From Thermoplasmata archaeon (GTDB taxonomy: Archaea; Thermoplasmatota; Thermoplasmata; Thermoplasmatales; GCA-001856825): a stretch of 64,000 nucleotides of DNA. Position numbers and translations under genes: made by a program. The notes under the pieces are model-generated. The model saw only the letters and a list, made by a program, of their open reading frames with translations, did no database searches and was not told where the DNA came from. Location of the stretch: contig JAJYUZ010000001.1 in NCBI GenBank assembly GCA_021792255.1, positions 288,001 through 352,000 on the forward strand, read 5' to 3'. Positions 48,809 to 59,574 of the stretch are shown here, one piece after another (position 1 is the first letter of the stretch; every line of letters begins with the position of its first letter).

Positions 48809-50455
48809 ATGTCATCAATAAAAGAGAGAGTGAAAAAAGCCAGAGATTTTGGAACTGGTGCATGGAATTGGTTCATGAACCGGTCTCATCTTGACAGACT
48901 TCCATTAAGAAAGACTCCAGATTACATGCGTCAGTGGGGAGGAAAATGGTACTGGACAGGAGCTCTAATAACTATAGCATTTACTTATGAGGTCCTTACC
49001 GGAGTAATCCTCCTGCTCTATTACAACCCAGCCAGTCCCTATCCTTCTACTCAGTACATCCTGAACTCGGTTCCGTTTGGAAAACTCTTACTCGCAACTC
49101 ACCTTTACGGAGCCTACGCCATGATAGTGCTGGTCTACATCCACATGTTCAGGAACTATTTCGTCGGTGCATACAAGAAACCGAGAGAGCTTCAGTGGAT
49201 CATTGGAGTTCTTTTGCTCGCACTCACGATAGGTGCAGGATACTTTGGCTATTCTCTCAGCGGAGACGTACTTTCCTATGATGCTCAAGACGTCGGCAGA
49301 GGTATCGCGAGTTTAATTCCAGTGCTTGGCCAATGGCTAGTATCAGTCGGTTTTGGAAATGGCACTACAACTAGCCTCTTTACAAAGTTCTTGGGCTATC
49401 ACATCATAATGGTAGGACTGATCGCACTGCTCTTTGGGTATCATTTCTATCTCGCAGAGGCAAACACGATGCTTCCGTCCTCGAAGATCAGCAAGTACAG
49501 GGCGCCTGCTAGCACTCCTGAAACAGAAAACATGAAACCCTGGTACCCCTCCAACCTCCTGTATCTTGTAGAGTTAGGCTTGCTGACAATAGGGTTCATA
49601 GTATTTATTCCTAGCTTTGTCGGGCTTTTCCCCAATACTCCCATACTGATCTCCCCGTTCCCTGGACCATTACCGACGAGTGCAGCCGCTGCTCTGATAC
49701 CGCCATATCCTCCGTGGTTCCTATTGTTCGTGTACAAGGCCGTCGATTTCGGCATGTTTACGAATTATATGGGACCGCTCAATGCCTCAATAGTCTTCGG
49801 CCTGTTACCTCTAATCTACTTCTTGGTAATCCCTTTCTTGGACCGTGGTAACTCACTTCATCCCCTCGATAGGCCAATTACGACGTCACTAGGAATTATC
49901 AGTATCGTTTACCTCATAATACTCAGTGTATGGGGGGCGTTCACTCCGGGCTTGATTATACCCTCCACCCAGGTCGCCTTGGTCCTCTTACCTCCAGCAA
50001 TAATTACGTTTGCAGCAATCTTTGGAATTTCGAAGATGTGGAAGAAGGGGAAGTTAAAGATCGGAAACAAATCCACCACTTCTTCCTTTTTTATTTTCAT
50101 ATCGGGCCTTGTCGTGGCTGTAATTCTTACTGGCTACTCATTCTCCTACTTCGTGGGCCACGCATCCATTTTGTCCCTGGGTAAGCTTGTCTTATCTGGC
50201 GGAGCCATGGGATTCCTCGCCATTGGGACTGCTAAGACTTCTGACCAGTTACCAGATCAGAAGTTCAAAAAGATACCTACAGGAGCCTATGTTGCAATCG
50301 CTCTATTGACCTTTATGTGTTGGGTGCTTCTCGGTCTTTCGTTAAAGCTAGACCCGATCAGCCAAGCAATGACAGTCGGAATGGCACTCGGAACCGTCCT
50401 TATCTTTTCAGGAATAGCACTCGCAATATACAGACGAATAATCTATGGTGAGTGA
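48809..50455 (+). CDS. Cytochrome b of an archaeal Rieske/cytochrome b complex
   Basis: LTGVILLLYYNP, THLYGAYAM...IHMFRNYFVGAYKKPRELQW, YHII...YHFY, PPWFLLF (PEWY-equivalent). Confidence 0.94.
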   Translation: MSSIKERVKKARDFGTGAWNWFMNRSHLDRLPLRKTPDYMRQWGGKWYWTGALITIAFTYEVLTGVILLLYYNPASPYPSTQYILNSVPFGKLLLATHLYGAYAMIVLVYIHMFRNYFVGAYKKPRELQWIIGVLLLALTIGAGYFGYSLSGDVLSYDAQDVGRGIASLIPVLGQWLVSVGFGNGTTTSLFTKFLGYHIIMVGLIALLFGYHFYLAEANTMLPSSKISKYRAPASTPETENMKPWYPSNLLYLVELGLLTIGFIVFIPSFVGLFPNTPILISPFPGPLPTSAAAALIPPYPPWFLLFVYKAVDFGMFTNYMGPLNASIVFGLLPLIYFLVIPFLDRGNSLHPLDRPITTSLGIISIVYLIILSVWGAFTPGLIIPSTQVALVLLPPAIITFAAIFGISKMWKKGKLKIGNKSTTSSFFIFISGLVVAVILTGYSFSYFVGHASILSLGKLVLSGGAMGFLAIGTAKTSDQLPDQKFKKIPTGAYVAIALLTFMCWVLLGLSLKLDPISQAMTVGMALGTVLIFSGIALAIYRRIIYGE

Positions 50456-50538
50456 GAAGAAAGCAAGATTATCTGGTTTTTTATTTTCACATAGACGTAA
50501 TTTCGGAAATCTTTAGTTAGTTTCATCCATGCAGGTAA

Positions 50539-51252
50539 ATGGATTATTTTGCCAGTTTTTTTGGTGGAAAAGTCGGAATCGTATCAGGAGCTGGAATGGG
50601 ACAGGGAAAAGCAGTAGTGAAACTCCTACTAGAAAATGGTGCTAACGTCGTGGCTTTTTCTAGGAGTGGAAACAAACCGGACCTCAACCACAAGAACCTG
50701 AGAGTCATGAAGGGTGATTCTTCAGATCTTGCATCGCTTCAGAACGTACGAGACTTTGTGGAAAAGGAATATGGAACTCTGAACTTTTTGTACAACAATC
50801 ATGGGTTTTTTGCTCCTCACAGCACGAAATTCAGCGGAGACACTGCTACGGAATTCTTCAACCGAAATGTGGTTTCTTCTATCAACACGATCGAAACATT
50901 ACACTCATTGATGAGACAAGGTGGGAGTATTGTAAGCGTTGGCGCTTCGCCTGCCATTTACCACCTAAGCTCGCTCGAATACGCAGTATCGAAGAGAGCA
51001 GTGGAAGAGATGACAAGAAAAATGGCTTCGATCTTAAAGGCGAAGAACATCAGAGTCAACGCCATAATGCCCGGAAGCGTGGATGCTTCCAAGGAGATAG
51101 AGGAGATCTCTCCCTTTGGATTCAAATCACTGGAGGGAAAAAAAGATGTGTCGACCCTTGAGGTCGCATATACTGCCCTATTCCTTCTAAGCGATCTATC
51201 ATACGGAATAAACGGACAATCCATTAATGTCGACGCAGGAATGCGTCTGTAG
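50539..51252 (+). CDS. Short-chain dehydrogenase/reductase
   Basis: SGAGMGQG, YAVSK, IRVNAIMPG, GQSINVDAG. Confidence 0.9.
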   Translation: MDYFASFFGGKVGIVSGAGMGQGKAVVKLLLENGANVVAFSRSGNKPDLNHKNLRVMKGDSSDLASLQNVRDFVEKEYGTLNFLYNNHGFFAPHSTKFSGDTATEFFNRNVVSSINTIETLHSLMRQGGSIVSVGASPAIYHLSSLEYAVSKRAVEEMTRKMASILKAKNIRVNAIMPGSVDASKEIEEISPFGFKSLEGKKDVSTLEVAYTALFLLSDLSYGINGQSINVDAGMRL

Positions 51253-51375
51253 GTAGATCTCAAGATATCGATAGGAGAAGCATTCTTTTAAGGAACGTAT
51301 CGAGTCTCTGATGATGATTTTCGTTTCGGATTTTTAAAAACAGTAATTAAATAATTGTATTGACTGAGAGAGAAG

Positions 51376-52290
51376 ATGTCTGAAAATGTCATCAAAGTAT
51401 CTAATCTGGTTAAGAGCTATTCTGATGTACGTGCGGTAGATGGCATTTCCTTCTCGATCGAAAGGGGTGAAGTCTTTAGCATCCTAGGGCCTAATGGCGC
51501 TGGAAAAACCACCACCGTTGAAATACTTGAGGGAGTAAGGAACAGAACATCTGGCGATGTTCAAGTGCTGGGACAGGACCCAGAAAAAAGTAGATCCTTG
51601 GTCTTTAAAGTCGGCATATTACCGCAGGATTTTTCATTCGTCTACAATAGCACTCCAAAGGAGGCCCTTGATTTCTATAAGGGAACTCTAAGGGCATCTA
51701 GCGATCTACACGAGATTCTTGAAATGGTTGAATTGGAAGACAAGTCGTCAACGCCATTCCAAAAACTTTCTGGCGGGCAGAAGCAAAAATTAGGCCTCGC
51801 ACTTTCCCTGGTAAATAATCCAGAAATACTTTTCTTGGATGAACCAACTTCAGGACTGGACCCCCGTGCGAGGCGTAACATTTGGAAAGTCATAAAGGGC
51901 CTGAAAGATGCGGGGAAGAGTATCCTCCTTACGACGCACTATTTGGAAGAAGCAGAACTGCTGGCAGACAGAGTCGCTATAATGAACAAGGGGAAAATAA
52001 TCGACTCGGGTCGACCAATGGAGATAGTCGAAAGGCACCACGAGGACGACAATCTCATCATAAGAGGAGATGGCGAAGTGGAGAGACTTCTGACAGCTGG
52101 TGGATTTCTATTTCATAGAGAGGGTGCCTACTTAAAGATAAATCTCAAGAGTATAAAAGACGCAACCGAGATAATCAATTACCTTTACGAACGAAAGGCA
52201 GCATTTGAAGACTTCACGCTAAAGAGAGAGAGTTTGGAAGACGTGTTCGTGAGAATGATAGGAGCGATCGAAGAAGATGAATCTGAATAG
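51376..52290 (+). CDS. ABC transporter ATP-binding protein (ABC-2/drug export type)
   Basis: GPNGAGKTT, LSGGQKQ, FLDEPTSGLDP, TTHY. Confidence 0.95.
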   Translation: MSENVIKVSNLVKSYSDVRAVDGISFSIERGEVFSILGPNGAGKTTTVEILEGVRNRTSGDVQVLGQDPEKSRSLVFKVGILPQDFSFVYNSTPKEALDFYKGTLRASSDLHEILEMVELEDKSSTPFQKLSGGQKQKLGLALSLVNNPEILFLDEPTSGLDPRARRNIWKVIKGLKDAGKSILLTTHYLEEAELLADRVAIMNKGKIIDSGRPMEIVERHHEDDNLIIRGDGEVERLLTAGGFLFHREGAYLKINLKSIKDATEIINYLYERKAAFEDFTLKRESLEDVFVRMIGAIEEDESE

Positions 52291-53377
52291 AACAAGCGCC
52301 TACTTCGTTCTTCACGCAAAATCCTATATGAGGTCTAGATCCGCTCTGTTCTTTCAATTAGCGTTCCCAATCATTCTCATACTCCTTTTTGGAGCTATAT
52401 TCTCGGGATCTTCTTACTCTCCTTCTACTTTGATAGTCCAGAACGAAAGTCCATCGGTTGCTTCCTGGGGGGTTGTAAATGCTATCAACGAATCGGGATT
52501 ATTTAAGGTCCACGTGATTCCTGAGAACGAGAACTTGACAAAATATATCACAAACAACTCGGTGGAAGCAGCTCTTCTGATTCCATCTAATTTTACAACA
52601 AATATTTACAGCGGAGGTAAGGGATACATAATGCTGGAGGGACACTCGAACCCAACAGTGGCAAGCGTAGACTATCAGACACTAAATGGAATTTTCACAG
52701 AGATAAATTTCAGATCCAGTAACACTACCCAAAAACTCGTTCTTTCTTCTCAGATTGCGATTGGCAATACGGGAAAGACAATCAACTATTATGTCCCTGG
52801 CTTGATCGGCTTCACCGTTCTGAGTACGATGTTCAACATGGTCTATACTGTTCCTAACTATAGACGAGAAAAACTGTTCAGACAGCTGTCTTTCAGTGGA
52901 TTGACGAAATCAGAGTGGATAACTGCAAATATGATGTTCTCGTTCCTGATGTTGATCCTTTCGGACGTCATTCTTGTAGCCATTGGAATTTATGTTTTCG
53001 GAGCTTCACTAGTCCTGAACATCCAGACAATTTTGACTTCTGCGCTAATCATCTTTGGAGGACTCTTCTTCTTTACGAGCGTAGGAATCCTAGCGGGGCT
53101 AGTATCTGACAACGAAGAAACGGTATCCGTAGTTGGTAATTTGGTCATGTTCCCGATGATGTTCCTCTCAGGAGTCTTCTTTCCGCTGACGTTTGCGCCA
53201 GCCTATTTAGTGACTATTTCAAAGTTTCTTCCATTGACCTATTTCATCAATTCCTTGATCTCGGTTTTAGATTACGGAAACATATCGTCTGTCGCCCTTC
53301 AGATTCTATGGCTTCTTTTGGGTTCTGCAATCCTATTCATAATAGCGGTGACATTATTCAGCTGGAAACAGAAATGA
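52277..53377 (+). CDS. ABC-2 type permease
   Basis: AFPIILILLFG, an extracellular loop, YVPGLIG, MFLSGVFFP, LPLTY. Confidence 0.92.
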   Translation: MNLNRTSAYFVLHAKSYMRSRSALFFQLAFPIILILLFGAIFSGSSYSPSTLIVQNESPSVASWGVVNAINESGLFKVHVIPENENLTKYITNNSVEAALLIPSNFTTNIYSGGKGYIMLEGHSNPTVASVDYQTLNGIFTEINFRSSNTTQKLVLSSQIAIGNTGKTINYYVPGLIGFTVLSTMFNMVYTVPNYRREKLFRQLSFSGLTKSEWITANMMFSFLMLILSDVILVAIGIYVFGASLVLNIQTILTSALIIFGGLFFFTSVGILAGLVSDNEETVSVVGNLVMFPMMFLSGVFFPLTFAPAYLVTISKFLPLTYFINSLISVLDYGNISSVALQILWLLLGSAILFIIAVTLFSWKQK

Positions 53378-53417
53378 GTGCTTAACTTCTTATACTAATT
53401 TTTTATTTTTAAAGTAT

Positions 53418-56060
53418 ATGGGAAAATTGACAGCGGTACTTTCGGGGATCGCAATTTTGCTCATTTTTTCATACTACCTCTTGTCTGTGTCCTTTAACCC
53501 GCTCATAAACTGGATAGGGCCGATTATTGGATTTAGACTGAATCTTATTCTGGGGTTGTTGTGGCTTGATCAGGGCACCCCACTCCAGTACGTATCCATA
53601 TTTGCGATCTGGGCTATTGTTGGACTGATTGTCGGACTCTCTTCGAAGAAATTCGGGGGCGTCTTTGGCACTGCAATCACTATCTGGGTAGTCGTGGGTT
53701 TGATAATGACGATCTCAATAGGTGCAATTGCCATTGGATTTTTAAATGGGTCTAATCTAAACAATCTATTTAATTCACTACCTAACCTAAGCAATGTCCC
53801 ACCTGGTTCTGACATATATTCGATCCTTCACGAACCAGTAATTTCAAGGTGGTTCGACCTGTTGCTACCCTTGATCTCGGGAGGAACGTTGACCACGCTG
53901 CTCAGCACGTGGTCTAAGTTAAGCACTGTTTCCAAAGTATCGGAAATTTTCGGTATCGTATTCCCATTCATTCTAGGGCCGTTAGAGGCCTTCATCATCC
54001 TCGTAGTTTTCGGCGTGATTGGACTTTACATAAAGAGACTGTTCTTTGGTTCTTCCAAAGGGCCCAAGAGAGGATGGAAACTGAAGAAGAGCAAGGTCGC
54101 ATCGATCTTATTTGTTTTAATCCTGATTGGTTCTTCAAGTGCAATTGTCCTAGACCACGGTACTAATGTGGGATTTAGTACAACGACCACAATGGAAAAA
54201 ACAGCAATGGCAGAGCTAGGATCAGTTTCAATGATTCTTCCTTCGGTAGCCCCAAACGGTATAGGATCTTCAACCGCAACTGCCCTCCAATCGGTGAATA
54301 ATCTGATCAGTGGTACAGGAAATATTCAAGCTTACTCTAACTCACCATACGGATATCCGCCATCTTCAGTAGTATCGGGACTATCTAATGGATCAATAAG
54401 AGGGGACCTCGCCATCTCCCTGTTGGAAAAGCAAGGGAGCCTCTTAAACGTATATGCAGCGCTGAATTTTTCCAACAAGACTAATGGTTTTCTTACACAC
54501 CCGGCCTTCGAGAACAGCGAGTTCAGCTTTTTGATTTTACAATCGAACTTGACCCAACTCGTCCAGTCATTTGAAAATTCGACCAATTCGTCTAGTGGAT
54601 CGCGGTCCAATTCCAGTTCCTACAATCTGTCTGGTACGTCCCTTTCGGGCCTTACCGGGTATGTGAATCTTGTCCCGGGATATATTTTTGTCATCGCCTA
54701 CAATGGGTCGATAGCGGCTACAAAGGATTACGCTGACAGTGCAGCTTCTTATGTGACCTCGAGCCTAGGAATGCCTAGTTATCAGAGTCTAATCGCAATT
54801 AACTCGGCGAGCATCAATAATCTGACAAAACTGGGATCGAGTTCGGGAGGAAGCAATTCGAGCAATGGAATAAGTGTATACGTTTATGCGGCTACACCCA
54901 ATTTCAAAGATGTGGCTCAGAATTTTTCTAAAAATCTGCTGGGTCAGATCGATAGTGGCCCAGTTGGCACCTTGCTCGGAAACTCTATAGATTCAGGGTA
55001 CCTCGTACCTGGATCAAATTCCTTGAGTTCAAGCTCGAGTTTAATCGTACTCGGTGATCTCAATTCGGGATTATTTTCTGGCCTTCTTAACAACACCGCT
55101 GCGAGTGCCTATTCTGCTTTCACGAGTGGGGGATCTTTCGTCCTTGAGCTCTCGGAGTGGCAGCACAGGTTTTACTCCTCTGATTCCAACTCTGTCACCG
55201 GCGGAACCCTATTTAATTACAACGGACCCCTGAACTTTTCCAGTAACGAGATGACTGTGCTTGGATTCGGTAGTGAACTTTCGATGTCATTTACCAATAT
55301 GACTTCAGTGCTGTCTGGTCTCAGTGCGAACTTGTTCACAAACAATGCTACTTTGGCCAAAGGACTCAGCGCATACACCAACAACTCTTCCAAAATCAAA
55401 ACCATTATGATTGCCAATGGACCCTTCTATCTTTCCCAACACGGGTACAACGTAAGCAGTCCGTTCCCTGCGAACCTATCATTCAGTCTAAGCGACAGGT
55501 ATATTGCCTATGGAGAAGTGGCCCTCAATATTTCTGTGACAAACAACGACAATCAGCCTCTAAACAACTTGAATATCTCACTCCAGAAGTTCTTCTCCGA
55601 TTATGGAAGCACTATAGGGAATCCAAACGGCAACCCAACGACCATTTACATTGGCACAATTGCCCCGGGTCAGACTGCATCTTTCGTGTACAATATTACC
55701 CTTAAGGGGACAGGACTCTACTATCTGCCTCCCCCAACAGCAAGCTATAATTACGGAGGCACTTCCTTTTCGACCCAGTATGGATCTGGGTATTTCATCT
55801 CTACGCAGAAGCCCTCGGTGGCTTATGCAGTCACTTCCTCAGTGCTGGTTCTGATGAACCTGTATGGACCTCTGCGACCTTTGACCCAATTCCATTTGGG
55901 ACCGTTGAACATCGTCGAGCTGATCATCCTTCTGATAATAGTTCTTGACGTCTTCCTGGAATACAGGTCATTCGTCAAGTGGAGAACAGAGAAAAAGAGG
56001 ATTAAGGAAGGACCCAGTGACGGAAACAAAGATGCGATTGCGGGAGAACCTCCCAAATAA
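53418..56060 (+). CDS. Large uncharacterised membrane glycoprotein (N-terminal TM bundle, Ser/Asn-rich ectodomain, Ig-like CARDB/BatD-type domain, C-terminal TM)
   Basis: Hydrophobic N-terminal third; many NxS/T sequons; VALNISVTNN...IGTIAPGQTASFVYNITLKGTGLYYLPPPTASY. Confidence 0.75.
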   Translation: MGKLTAVLSGIAILLIFSYYLLSVSFNPLINWIGPIIGFRLNLILGLLWLDQGTPLQYVSIFAIWAIVGLIVGLSSKKFGGVFGTAITIWVVVGLIMTISIGAIAIGFLNGSNLNNLFNSLPNLSNVPPGSDIYSILHEPVISRWFDLLLPLISGGTLTTLLSTWSKLSTVSKVSEIFGIVFPFILGPLEAFIILVVFGVIGLYIKRLFFGSSKGPKRGWKLKKSKVASILFVLILIGSSSAIVLDHGTNVGFSTTTTMEKTAMAELGSVSMILPSVAPNGIGSSTATALQSVNNLISGTGNIQAYSNSPYGYPPSSVVSGLSNGSIRGDLAISLLEKQGSLLNVYAALNFSNKTNGFLTHPAFENSEFSFLILQSNLTQLVQSFENSTNSSSGSRSNSSSYNLSGTSLSGLTGYVNLVPGYIFVIAYNGSIAATKDYADSAASYVTSSLGMPSYQSLIAINSASINNLTKLGSSSGGSNSSNGISVYVYAATPNFKDVAQNFSKNLLGQIDSGPVGTLLGNSIDSGYLVPGSNSLSSSSSLIVLGDLNSGLFSGLLNNTAASAYSAFTSGGSFVLELSEWQHRFYSSDSNSVTGGTLFNYNGPLNFSSNEMTVLGFGSELSMSFTNMTSVLSGLSANLFTNNATLAKGLSAYTNNSSKIKTIMIANGPFYLSQHGYNVSSPFPANLSFSLSDRYIAYGEVALNISVTNNDNQPLNNLNISLQKFFSDYGSTIGNPNGNPTTIYIGTIAPGQTASFVYNITLKGTGLYYLPPPTASYNYGGTSFSTQYGSGYFISTQKPSVAYAVTSSVLVLMNLYGPLRPLTQFHLGPLNIVELIILLIIVLDVFLEYRSFVKWRTEKKRIKEGPSDGNKDAIAGEPPK

Positions 56061-56079
56061 TCTGAACTCTGATGTTGCT

Positions 56080-57315
56080 TTATTTCAGGACGCCCTGTTC
56101 ATTCGGACTAGTTGTAAGCACGGCTGCACTCGTAGCGTACCTACTAGAAATTACCGTGAAACTGATGGAACCTGCCAGTATGCTAAATATGACGACGTAA
56201 AAGACTGTGTTTCCAAAAGTGCTGAAGAGGGCCGGGTTGGTCGATAGAACTATTCCTAATAGTACTATAACCGTGGGCCCTCTGTGGACAAAGGAAGAGA
56301 CCAAGAGGCTGTCTCGACCAAACCACTTTGTGATTCCATTCACAGAAAATACTTCAAAGAAGCGCATTGCTATTATAGCCGCAGTTAAAATAGCAGCCAC
56401 TATAAGCGCCTGAAAGTCGAATATGTTTACCAGAATTCCAGTGTAGACATAGAAAATGGTGAGCACTATGAACGTTATTTCTTGGTTGAAAAAGTCCAGC
56501 TGGGTGATGTCGACCGTGCCGGACACCTTCAGTATCTTGGATAAAGCATGAGAATTCGCTATGAGTATAGAGAATATGAAAACCGCTAGGATAGCTGAGG
56601 CCCCAATGTAATCGGCGACTCCCCAGATCACAAACAGAACTGCGATAGTTGCTATGTAATAGTGAGGCGCTGAAGCCTGTTTTAGAACGATGAGCCAGAG
56701 TATTCCCATGACTCCTCCAAGAACTATTGCTTCTGAAAAACTACTGAAGAGGTAAGTGGTGATACTCACTATCGTAGACGGCTGGTCTATTAGACTGAGA
56801 ATGAGCAAAGCGCCTATGACGTTCAAGACAGAATTGAAAATGGTTTCGACTTCAATCGTGTGCTTGGTGGCTTCATCAAGCTTTATTCTTGCTAAGAGTG
56901 GAATGATGAAAGGAGCAGCCGTCTCGCTTAGTATTGTAGAAATCAATAACGAAACGAGGAGAGGCATCTTGAAGACGAAATAGAGGATAGGGGTCAACAG
57001 TCCAATGACAAACGCTAGGTCAGCGATGGCTGTTCCGATCCCTTTGGATAAAGAGTGGCCAAACTTTTGCAAATCGAGCTTCAAGAGTCCCCCAAAAACG
57101 ATGAGAATCAAAGCAACGATCCCAACAAAACTCAGCAGAGATCTTAGAATAGATATATAAACGGAAGGAATGATTCCAGAATAGTGGATGAGTATCCCGA
57201 TGAGCAGGAGGAGAAGCATATCGGGAATTCGCTTCTTTCGGAACGCTATCTCCCCAACGAAACCAAGAAGCATGATCCCTGACAGCAACAATAGTAGTTC
57301 ATCGGTCGTTATCAA
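56080..57315 (-). CDS. Cation/proton antiporter (CPA1/NhaP-like)
   Basis: RIPDMLLLLLIG, ILIVFGGLLKLD, LSETAAP, ETIFN, HRGPT; about 12-13 TM segments. Confidence 0.85.
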   Translation of the reverse strand: MITTDELLLLLSGIMLLGFVGEIAFRKKRIPDMLLLLLIGILIHYSGIIPSVYISILRSLLSFVGIVALILIVFGGLLKLDLQKFGHSLSKGIGTAIADLAFVIGLLTPILYFVFKMPLLVSLLISTILSETAAPFIIPLLARIKLDEATKHTIEVETIFNSVLNVIGALLILSLIDQPSTIVSITTYLFSSFSEAIVLGGVMGILWLIVLKQASAPHYYIATIAVLFVIWGVADYIGASAILAVFIFSILIANSHALSKILKVSGTVDITQLDFFNQEITFIVLTIFYVYTGILVNIFDFQALIVAAILTAAIIAMRFFEVFSVNGITKWFGRDSLLVSSFVHRGPTVIVLLGIVLSTNPALFSTFGNTVFYVVIFSILAGSISFTVISSRYATSAAVLTTSPNEQGVLK

Positions 57316-57458
57316 TGCCTCAAAACTCTCTTCTCGCTAATAACATTTTTTGTCGTCAAAACATACATACTTGAACTTTTTGATTACTGCCTGAAAGAAA
57401 TTTTAGACGACAGGGAAATGAAATATTGAGAATTAACTCCGAATGCAAGGATTGAGTT

Positions 57459-57932
57459 TCACTCTTTTGTGAACTTCGTCATGTTTTTCAATAAGAAGGT
57501 CACGTTCATCGTCACGATAGCAAACCCTACAACGTTTAACGAACCGAATGAAGGTATAAGCAACGTCAGTTTCTCGATAGAGGGAATGTAAATTCCCAGC
57601 ATGGAGAATACCAGCATTAGAAACAAAATCGTCGGTAGAACGTTGTTTTTAACTAGTTGATCATTGGACCCTGATTGTCTTTTGGAGAGAAAAAATGAAG
57701 CAAAAAGTATTGCAACTGGGAGATAGAACAGGAAAGCCAGTACGACCAGTAGGAATGGAAGCCCGAAACTGTTCAAGACTCTGAAATTGAAGGTGAGAAA
57801 CAGAACAATTGAAGGCACTATAATCAGTAGATCTACGAGAGTGATTATCGATATTGCGTCCTTCGGATTCTTGATGGATAACCTCTGTCTTATAACATTA
57901 TTGTTCAATCCGTCAGACAACACATTTCCCAT
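57459..57932 (-). CDS. Hypothetical 4-TM membrane protein
   Basis: 157-aa ORF with four hydrophobic segments filling an intergenic gap. Confidence 0.6.
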   Translation of the reverse strand: MGNVLSDGLNNNVIRQRLSIKNPKDAISIITLVDLLIIVPSIVLFLTFNFRVLNSFGLPFLLVVLAFLFYLPVAILFASFFLSKRQSGSNDQLVKNNVLPTILFLMLVFSMLGIYIPSIEKLTLLIPSFGSLNVVGFAIVTMNVTFLLKNMTKFTKE

Positions 57933-58143
57933 TGCAATTAATTACATAGTATCCAGGTATAAATAATTGTCTGCTTAATGTCATACAATTGTCAGAGTTA
58001 TACGTCGATGACAGGGAATAATCCATAGAAGGTGTGTGAGCAAGTCGATAAGAATGAAGGTTTGCGGTGCAAGGGAAGAAAGGTGTTTCCACTTTCGTTA
58101 GGACTTTGCACAACTTTTATTTTGAATCACACGATACTTGTAA

Positions 58144-59574
58144 ATGGAATTCTTGAAGTATTCAGAGAATTATTCCAAAGGAGTCAACGCACTGATAGTA
58201 CCCGTTTTTGAAGATTTCATTCCTGTCGATACAAGAAAGATAGAAAACGAGACTCATGTTCTTACAATCGCAAAGAAGTCTGAATTTTCTGGAAAGAAAG
58301 GCGAATCATTTGACACTTTTGATTCTAAATTGGGTAAGAGAATACTTCTTATCGGACTTGGAAAGAAGAAAGAAATGGAAAACGAGTCCCTGAGAAGATC
58401 TTACTCTGCAGCCTTTAATTCGGTCAAATCGATCCCAAAAGGGGTTGTGCAAGTTCTCCTTCCCGGAGTTTCTCCAGAGGAGCCAAAGGAAGTCACGTTT
58501 GCAATCGCGGTTGCAGCTTATGATTTTGATAAATATAGGAAAGAAAAGAGCAAAATCAAAATCAAGAGCATTTTACTGACCTCCAAATATGATGAAGCCT
58601 CAATCAAGGAAGGTAAGGCTATAGCAGACGCCGTGAACTTTACAAGAGACATAGCAAATCTTCCTCCATCGATTGGCACTCCGTCATATTTCGAAGAGGT
58701 TGCGAAGAAGATCTCTGGAGTGAAGGTCAAGTCGTTCGCCAGAGAAGACTTTCTGAGACTCAAAATGGGAGGGTTAGAAGGAGTATCTAGGGCAGCAAAG
58801 GAAGCAGCAAAGTTGCTCATCATGGAGTACGGACCCAAAGACAAGAAACCGGTTCTCTTAGTTGGAAAAGGTATAACCTTTGACAGCGGAGGGATATCGA
58901 TAAAGCCTTCCGAAGGGATGGATGAAATGAAGTTCGATAAGTGTGGAGCTTCGGCTGTCGTTGGAACAATGAAACTGATTGCTGAACTGAAATTAAAGAG
59001 ACACGTGATAGGAATGGCCCCTCTCACCGAAAACTTGCCTGGTGGGAACGCGTACAAACCTGGGGACATACTGACTCATTACAATGGTGTGACGTCAGAA
59101 GTACTATCGACGGACGCAGAAGGAAGACTGGTGCTTGCGGATGCACTCAGCTATGGGACCTCGAATTTTAAGCCATCAGAAGTAATAGATTTAGCCACTC
59201 TGACGGGTGCTTGCATTGTCGCTCTGGGAAACAACTATGCGGGTATGATGGGAAACAACGATTCATTAAAGAACAAGATCATGAAGGCATCAAAGAAGTC
59301 CTGGGAGAAAGTGTGGGAATTACCCTTGGACAGTGATTTTCAGGACCAGATAAAGAGCAAAGTTGCGGACATAAAGAATACTGGCGGAAGGGAGGGAGGA
59401 GCTGAGACGGCTGGCGCTTTTCTAAGCAGATTCGTCGGAGAGACCCCTTGGGTCCACCTCGATATTGCAGGTACGGCATGGACCCAGAAGAATAACTCCC
59501 ACAGAGCTTATCTACCACCTGGAGCGACGGGTTTTGGCGTGCGACTATTGTACGAGTACCTAAAAGGAGAATGA
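58144..59574 (+). CDS. pepA: Leucyl aminopeptidase (M17)
   Basis: VGKGITFDSGG, MKFDKCGA, STDAEGRLVLAD, DLATLTGA, HLDIAG. Confidence 0.96.
   Translation: MEFLKYSENYSKGVNALIVPVFEDFIPVDTRKIENETHVLTIAKKSEFSGKKGESFDTFDSKLGKRILLIGLGKKKEMENESLRRSYSAAFNSVKSIPKGVVQVLLPGVSPEEPKEVTFAIAVAAYDFDKYRKEKSKIKIKSILLTSKYDEASIKEGKAIADAVNFTRDIANLPPSIGTPSYFEEVAKKISGVKVKSFAREDFLRLKMGGLEGVSRAAKEAAKLLIMEYGPKDKKPVLLVGKGITFDSGGISIKPSEGMDEMKFDKCGASAVVGTMKLIAELKLKRHVIGMAPLTENLPGGNAYKPGDILTHYNGVTSEVLSTDAEGRLVLADALSYGTSNFKPSEVIDLATLTGACIVALGNNYAGMMGNNDSLKNKIMKASKKSWEKVWELPLDSDFQDQIKSKVADIKNTGGREGGAETAGAFLSRFVGETPWVHLDIAGTAWTQKNNSHRAYLPPGATGFGVRLLYEYLKGE

Noticed and set aside
51311-51367. ATGATGA ... CTGA spacing like a C/D-box sRNA
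   Set aside because: There is no convincing C'/D' pair, and the interior is the AT-rich promoter of the ABC operon.
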